From the IMG/VR virus record IMGVR_UViG_2061766007_000586, positions 64,001 to 128,000 of that record: DNA of 64,000 nt; one strand, 5' to 3'. This stretch comes from a virus. Its lineage: Duplodnaviria; Caudoviricetes. The translations under genes were made by a program, and so were the position numbers. Positions 59,134 to 64,000 of this stretch are shown piece by piece. The notes beneath the pieces are model-generated. The model was not told the origin of the DNA. It did not search any database and saw only the letters and a list, made by a program, of their open reading frames with translations. Position 1 is the stretch's first letter. The number at the start of each line of letters is the position of its first letter.

Positions 59134-60936
59134 TTAATATCCTTCAGGGTCATAGGAATCATCAGGAAGGTCTACAAACTGCAGACCATCGATACCATCG
59201 ATACTCTTGATGGTTCCATCTTCTTCATCATAGTAGAACATATCGTCTACATGATTACATCCAGGCCTATTATCCTTAGGTGGAAGAGGCGGATGATCAC
59301 AAGGAATAGGTGTTTTTCCAGGACCGTACATAGGAATCCTCTTAGGTGGTATTCTTGCTAAGTCTTTATGATAACGTCTATAATCTTCTTCTAAGAAGAA
59401 TCTAGAGTCTTTACGGAATAGCATCGGATAACTATTAGGATCTGAACTGCATCCACCACAAGGTGGAATGAAGATTGTATTGCATCTCTTATCGAAAGAG
59501 CAGCTATGATGTTGATGACCAGGACATCTTGGCATGTTCTTCAGATGAGGAGGATTACAATTGAAAATACAATCGCTACAATCACAGATACAGGTCGAAG
59601 GTTGTTCTTCTTCCTCTTTAGGATCTTTGTAGATAATATTTCCATTACCAGATTGTAATGCTGCAAGTAATTTCTTTAATAAGAAAATTACAATCGGGAT
59701 AAAGTAGAACGCAGCAATACGTCTAACAGTTAAGAGTTGCTTCGATAAAGTTAATAGAGCAGATGGAAAGACTTTTCGTTGATCAAAGTAAAGGCGAACT
59801 TGCATTGGAACTGTTACTTCATCTTTATCCCATTCTTTTGGAATTGTGAATGGTGGATAATTATAAGTAGCAATCAAGCAATTATCAATTTGAATGAAGC
59901 ATCGATTAGACAATGCATTCACTGTTGTTGTTCTATAATTGATTGCTTTATTTAACTTCACTGCTCGTTTGATTACAATCTCAGGTGGAGTATAATCAGG
60001 ATCCAGCAGAGCACTCCAGAAACACTCATTCCAGTGTAATGGATTAGGAACGAGTTGCTGTGGATAAATAGGTAAATCTTTACAATCAAATAGTTTTAAG
60101 CAAAATTCAACAAGATAAGGATCATACAAACATGCATCTTCAATGAATGAACGATAGATCTGTTGTTCCAGGAAGTCAGCAATATAGCGATGTGTTAAAA
60201 CATCAATTGCTTTCTTAGTTTGATTTGCTAAAGTTTCTTCATCAGAATTTAATAGAGTACCTTGACCATTCAAGAAAGTCTGTAAATCAAAGTACGCTTC
60301 ATCAACAACACACGCATTGAGTTTAGTTAATATTTCGTCAGTCACCCAAGTAAGTAAGATAAACTTAATGGAATGACTCGTTGTATTAGAAAGAGATAAT
60401 CTCTGAGGGGGTTCAGTAATCTTAAATAATCCAAGTTTGTTCGCATTGGTTTGATAAATAAACATATCACCCTGATACGGACAGAAATATGGATAAAGAA
60501 GAGCTTCACCATTAACCTGAGATTGTGTACCTTCTAAATTATAATTAAATGCAACGGCTTCTTTCAGCTTCATCTGGAAATTATTAATCTTTAAGAAATT
60601 CTGATGAATAGAATCCAGAGTTTCAGAGAAAGTATTATAAGTTGATCTTCCATAAGTATCAGAAGTCAGTTGGTGATAGAACGTAACAGTAATCACACTA
60701 CCTTCAGCATATGCAGCAAGCAAAGCATTCTTTTTATCTTCAGTACTTACTGTACCTAAATCTGAAACAGATCTAGCCACATACTGTTCTGCATTCACTG
60801 CATTCGTTGGTTCTGTATTAACTGGAACTGTACTATACTGGACTTGCTTCGGATCGATAGGCGGAACATCAAAGCATCGTTTTGCCGTGTTGCGTACTGG
60901 GGGTGGTAACGACCCCCTGCTTTTGGCCATTGGCAT
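59134..60936 (-). CDS. phiKZ-like virion (baseplate-region) protein with Cys/His-rich C-terminal extension
   Basis: 600 aa; EGS.ITVTFYHQ, KINNFQMKL, GEALLYP...P..GDMFI and YDPYLVEF motifs recalled from phiKZ-group structural proteins. Confidence 0.65.
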   Translation of the reverse strand: MPMAKSRGSLPPPVRNTAKRCFDVPPIDPKQVQYSTVPVNTEPTNAVNAEQYVARSVSDLGTVSTEDKKNALLAAYAEGSVITVTFYHQLTSDTYGRSTYNTFSETLDSIHQNFLKINNFQMKLKEAVAFNYNLEGTQSQVNGEALLYPYFCPYQGDMFIYQTNANKLGLFKITEPPQRLSLSNTTSHSIKFILLTWVTDEILTKLNACVVDEAYFDLQTFLNGQGTLLNSDEETLANQTKKAIDVLTHRYIADFLEQQIYRSFIEDACLYDPYLVEFCLKLFDCKDLPIYPQQLVPNPLHWNECFWSALLDPDYTPPEIVIKRAVKLNKAINYRTTTVNALSNRCFIQIDNCLIATYNYPPFTIPKEWDKDEVTVPMQVRLYFDQRKVFPSALLTLSKQLLTVRRIAAFYFIPIVIFLLKKLLAALQSGNGNIIYKDPKEEEEQPSTCICDCSDCIFNCNPPHLKNMPRCPGHQHHSCSFDKRCNTIFIPPCGGCSSDPNSYPMLFRKDSRFFLEEDYRRYHKDLARIPPKRIPMYGPGKTPIPCDHPPLPPKDNRPGCNHVDDMFYYDEEDGTIKSIDGIDGLQFVDLPDDSYDPEGY

Positions 60937-62707
60937 CTTTTGTTACTCCTTCGCGTTCAGCAATAATTAAAAAGTCAAGGAAGAAAAAGAAAGGATGAGA
61001 ATATACTTCAATATGATTTGGATTGTCTGGATCATAACCCTGTCTCCATGCTGCTGATTGGTCAACTTTTCTAGGCGGTGTATAACCAATTACCAAGCGA
61101 TAGATATGATTACTTCCCAAACGATTTGGGATCTTTAAAGTAGTACCATCAAATTCTAACAATTCAGGATTTACTTGTCTATCATCTTGGAACACAGAAA
61201 TATGATAAACAGACTCAGTGAATAAAGCCGTTTCTTTTCTATCTTTAAAATAGTTTAATAAACGAGGCTTTAACCGATACATATCTAAATCTTTGGTAAT
61301 ATCAATATTTGTTGTAGCATGCTTCCAGCAATAACAAGGACATGGTTCTTCATACGGATTAGGTTCCGGTCTCTGACGAGGATTTAAAATGTCATATTGA
61401 GCTTTATGATACGGACATTCATGACAATTCGGTAATCTAGAAAGATCTGCATACGGGTCAGCATACGGATCCTCATAAGGGTCTTGATAAGGATCAGCAT
61501 ACGGATCTGCGTAAGGATCTACTTCGTCATATGGATCTGAATGATGATGACAATTACAAGAACAATCAGCGTTACATCTACAATTAGGTCCACAGGTCTT
61601 AGTATGTCCAGCATATTTACTCTCCGAGTCACATGGACAATCTTTACAATCAACCTCGTCTAATGTAAGAGCACCAATAAAAATTGGAATACTACCAAAC
61701 GCTTTATACTGACTGTAATAAATACTCGGTAACCAATCGTCATACCAAGGATTACGTACAGGTTGATATGTTAAGAATTTTTGATATTGATAAACAGGAT
61801 CTAAGAATCGATTTGGATTCTCTAAGAATTCATAAAGACCTTTTTGATAAGAAGTATCAACATTAACAATATCACCAGGAACTAGTGTATTATTAATAAT
61901 GATAGGATAATCAACATAGATTACAGATGGTCTAGAACTGTGTAATGTGACAGTGAAACGTAATGTATGAGCTTCAGCATTATCCATACCAGTTTTGTCT
62001 GGCTCGCCAAAATCATATTCAATCTTACATAACGTTTCAAATACTCTACGATCGATTACCCATTCATATCGTTTATTTTTTGCAGCAGTAGAAACAAGCG
62101 TTTTAATTTGATGATTAGAATATTCTTCCAACCAATGCTTAAAGCACTCTTTTTCGACACCGACTGTTGAAGCCAGTGCCCATAAAGTCTGCATAATCTG
62201 ATACGGTATTGGATAATTATAAGACAAATTTGGTAATGAGATAAGTTCACCACGATTGAATCGTAAAAGAAAACGATCAGCAATATCGTGAGCACGAATG
62301 TAATCTCTAAAGTGTAACTCACAGTTTAACGTAATGTTAAACGGAATTAAACTATCATACATTGTGATATTGTGTTGAGCTACACGTAAGATAGGATAAC
62401 GAGTTCTCCAATCCCTACGATGTCGAACTGCATCCATATGCATCCCAATATCCGTCGTGTCATATGTTAACCCTGTAGCAGGATGTTTCATATCGTACGT
62501 ACAGACAAACTTATCTTCGACTAGAATAGCATTCTTATTTTGATCAGAAGACTTAGAAGGATTATAGATATTAGAATTGATATAGATTCTGTTATCTAGC
62601 ATCTCTAAGATTCCTAATTCTTGTAAGATGTGTCTAGCTACTTCATTTGCCATTACCATATAGACATGATAAGCTGATTCGCTTACTGCAGTAGCAGTTG
62701 TTAGCAT
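60869..62707 (-). CDS. phiKZ-like virion protein with a Cys-rich/DPY-repeat insertion
   Basis: 612 aa; LSYNYPIP, YPIIINN.LVP and PWYDDW motifs; AAGGAGA RBS and late-type motif upstream. Confidence 0.65.
   Translation of the reverse strand: MLTTATAVSESAYHVYMVMANEVARHILQELGILEMLDNRIYINSNIYNPSKSSDQNKNAILVEDKFVCTYDMKHPATGLTYDTTDIGMHMDAVRHRRDWRTRYPILRVAQHNITMYDSLIPFNITLNCELHFRDYIRAHDIADRFLLRFNRGELISLPNLSYNYPIPYQIMQTLWALASTVGVEKECFKHWLEEYSNHQIKTLVSTAAKNKRYEWVIDRRVFETLCKIEYDFGEPDKTGMDNAEAHTLRFTVTLHSSRPSVIYVDYPIIINNTLVPGDIVNVDTSYQKGLYEFLENPNRFLDPVYQYQKFLTYQPVRNPWYDDWLPSIYYSQYKAFGSIPIFIGALTLDEVDCKDCPCDSESKYAGHTKTCGPNCRCNADCSCNCHHHSDPYDEVDPYADPYADPYQDPYEDPYADPYADLSRLPNCHECPYHKAQYDILNPRQRPEPNPYEEPCPCYCWKHATTNIDITKDLDMYRLKPRLLNYFKDRKETALFTESVYHISVFQDDRQVNPELLEFDGTTLKIPNRLGSNHIYRLVIGYTPPRKVDQSAAWRQGYDPDNPNHIEVYSHPFFFFLDFLIIAEREGVTKDANGQKQGVVTTPSTQHGKTML
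61445..61537 (-). repeat. Degenerate 12-bp tandem repeat encoding (DPYx)n
   Basis: Encodes DPYDEVDPYADPYADPYQDPYEDPYADPYAD. Confidence 0.9.
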
Positions 62708-62742
62708 AGAGCTCTCCTTCTATATATTAAAGTAATATTGGC

Positions 62743-62752
62743 GCATAGGATG
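62743..62752 (-). promoter_or_regulatory. Late-type motif CATCCTATGC
   Basis: CATyyTATG pattern upstream of the 62707 start. Confidence 0.55.
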
Positions 62753-62765
62753 TTTCCAAAAAAGA

Positions 62766-62792
62766 AACACAAGGCTCTTAGAGCCTTGTGTT
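62766..62792 (-). terminator. Terminator
   Basis: AACACAAGGCTCT/AGAGCCTTGTGTT followed by a U-tract. Confidence 0.8.
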
Positions 62793-62820
62793 ATTTAAAT
62801 TTCGTATATGATGAATCTTC

Positions 62821-63147
62821 TCAATGCTTAAGATAGGTAATAAATGTAATATAAAGAATGATAAGAAGTCCCCAATGAAGAAGAATATATTTTTTTACTT
62901 TCTCTACATCTAGTCTTCCTTTCGAACAATCCTTCGTCACATTGATTCTTGCGGCTTCCATTTTTTCATCCCACGTTTTGCATTTCTTAACTTTAGCTTT
63001 GAACTCTTCAATTTCCTCTTCGTCTTTATCTTGTTCAGCTCTATTAAAAAGAACAACAGCATACCCGAACAGAGTATACAAAATGAAATCAATCACAATG
63101 CCTCTGATAGTTTTTCCGATTTTCTGTGAAAACGATTTAGTTTCCAT
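62821..63147 (-). CDS. Small early membrane protein with two transmembrane segments
   Basis: 108 aa with AAGGAGA RBS; hydrophobic N- and C-terminal helices around a charged loop. Confidence 0.7.
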   Translation of the reverse strand: METKSFSQKIGKTIRGIVIDFILYTLFGYAVVLFNRAEQDKDEEEIEEFKAKVKKCKTWDEKMEAARINVTKDCSKGRLDVEKVKKYILLHWGLLIILYITFITYLKH

Positions 63148-63183
63148 ATTAATCTCCTTTATTAATTATGGATTATTTATTTA

Positions 63184-63193
63184 GTAATATATA
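63184..63193 (-). promoter_or_regulatory. phiKZ-type early promoter TATATATTAC
   Basis: Exact motif upstream of 63147. Confidence 0.7.
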
Positions 63194-63212
63194 CCTAAAC
63201 AAAGAAAGAAAA

Positions 63213-63293
63213 TGGTGGAGCTAGTGGGGATCGAACCCACGTCTTGCGGCGGCACTTTGGCTTTAACCGCAATCGACACCATGTCATAGCCCC
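63213..63293 (-). ncRNA. Mini-tmRNA: tRNA-like domain only (alanine acceptor), no mRNA-like domain
   Basis: GGGGCTA-TGACATGGTGTCGA-TTGCGG-[17 nt]-CCGCAA-GAC-GTGGG-TTCGATC-CCCAC-TAGCTCC-ACCA; G3-U70 pair, TCGA before helix 2, GAC linker, no anticodon loop. Confidence 0.8.
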
Positions 63294-63304
63294 ATTTGAA
63301 AGAT

Positions 63305-63595
63305 AAACTCCTTTCTCAGGTGGAACACTATCCAGATCTTTGTGTTCCGGGTTAACCCAGTCATTACTGACTGTCTCCTTTTTCACGCCTGTGACCGAAC
63401 AATAGCATCGCTGTCTTCGGTCTACTGCTCATCACAGTATCAGGAGCGAGGGACGTATATCGTGATCAGGGTCTTGTCGCGATCAAGAACCCCACCGGAG
63501 CTACACGTTAATATGCTTGGTAGAAGCACCGTGTCTCTTCCCCTCCACACTGGACCACCTGCTTTTCCATACAGATGGCGGAGATTGGTTAAAGA
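63305..63595 (-). ncRNA. Unidentified highly structured non-coding RNA candidate
   Basis: GC-rich intergenic segment with long-range closing helices (63317-23/63555-61, 63308-11/63580-83) and at least seven nested hairpins. Confidence 0.6.
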
Positions 63596-63619
63596 TTAGA
63601 GTTTATTTTTATCATTATA

Positions 63620-63629
63620 GTCATATATA
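63620..63629 (-). promoter_or_regulatory. Early-type promoter variant TATATATGAC
   Basis: One mismatch to TATATATTAC; lies between a terminator and the structured RNA. Confidence 0.55.
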
Positions 63630-63659
63630 ATCGATAAATTTTGAACAACACTTTTAAAA

Positions 63660-63687
63660 GATCCTGGAGCATTTATGCTCCAGGATC
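63660..63687 (-). terminator. Terminator
   Basis: GATCCTGGAGCAT-tt-ATGCTCCAGGATC. Confidence 0.8.
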
Positions 63688-63694
63688 ATAACTT

Positions 63695-64000
63695 TTATCT
63701 CTTTCTATGTTGAACAGCTTCAGCAGCTTTTTCAGCATATGACATATCAGCAGGCTTCTTAGCATGCTTGTTAAGATATTCACGTGCTTCTTTCTCATCA
63801 ACGATAGCAATACTACCTACTCCGATTTTATCAGTAGAAGGAATTTCTTTTCCTTCATTAAAATCTTTAATGATCTTACTTAAAGGACCTGGTTCTTGAT
63901 AATCAAACTTGTTGATTTCCGTATCCTTCTGTCTATTGACTAAATCATTAATAGGAGTAGTCTTATATGTTTCATGCTCAAGGTTGACAATGTAATGCTT
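63695..64000 (-). CDS. Partial CDS (C-terminal end), hypothetical protein
   Basis: Open frame KHYIVNLEHETYK...AAEAVQHRKR* running off the window edge, followed by a terminator. Confidence 0.65.
   Translation of the reverse strand, partial: KHYIVNLEHETYKTTPINDLVNRQKDTEINKFDYQEPGPLSKIIKDFNEGKEIPSTDKIGVGSIAIVDEKEAREYLNKHAKKPADMSYAEKAAEAVQHRKR

Noticed and set aside
63213-63293. Ordinary tRNA-Ala, or an attP-type ssrA fragment
   Set aside because: No canonical D-arm or 7-nt anticodon loop. Both 5' and 3' TLD halves are present and paired, unlike integration fragments, and no integrase is nearby.
63305-63595. RNase P RNA, SRP RNA or group II intron
   Set aside because: Signature sequences (GAGGAAAGUCC and the 3' P4 strand, the SRP helix-8 motif, domain V) were not found by eye.
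63195-63599. ORFs 63195..63386 (-) and 63342..63599 (+)
   Set aside because: Short, atypical starts, no clear RBS, and overlapping the TLD and structured RNA.

Overview
This is a 64-kb segment of an AT-rich, phiKZ-like jumbo phage genome, most likely nucleus-forming (Chimalliviridae-like), read in the standard genetic code. All homology calls come from motif recognition and gene order, not database searches. Core genes include an SbcC-like ATPase (partial), an SbcD nuclease, the terminase large subunit, the N-terminal beta-prime subunit of the non-virion RNA polymerase, a probable chimallin directly upstream of it, and several phiKZ-type virion proteins. An anaerobic class III ribonucleotide reductase (NrdD with fused glutaredoxin) points to an anaerobic host. 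About 31 kb encodes fibres and adhesins: four fibre genes sharing an N-terminal motif (up to 4165 aa) and a 3464-aa AIDA-repeat protein that I recall resembling Lentisphaeria surface proteins. There are three tRNAs, two of them structurally odd. Top findings: (1) an 81-nt tmRNA-like RNA with only the tRNA-like domain (G3-U70, CCA, no tag reading frame) at 63213-63293, directly downstream of an unidentified ~290-nt highly structured RNA behind an early-type promoter; (2) an acyl carrier protein homologue lacking the phosphopantetheine serine, inside the chimallin-RNAP block. Two promoter classes and many intrinsic terminators are visible in the sequence.
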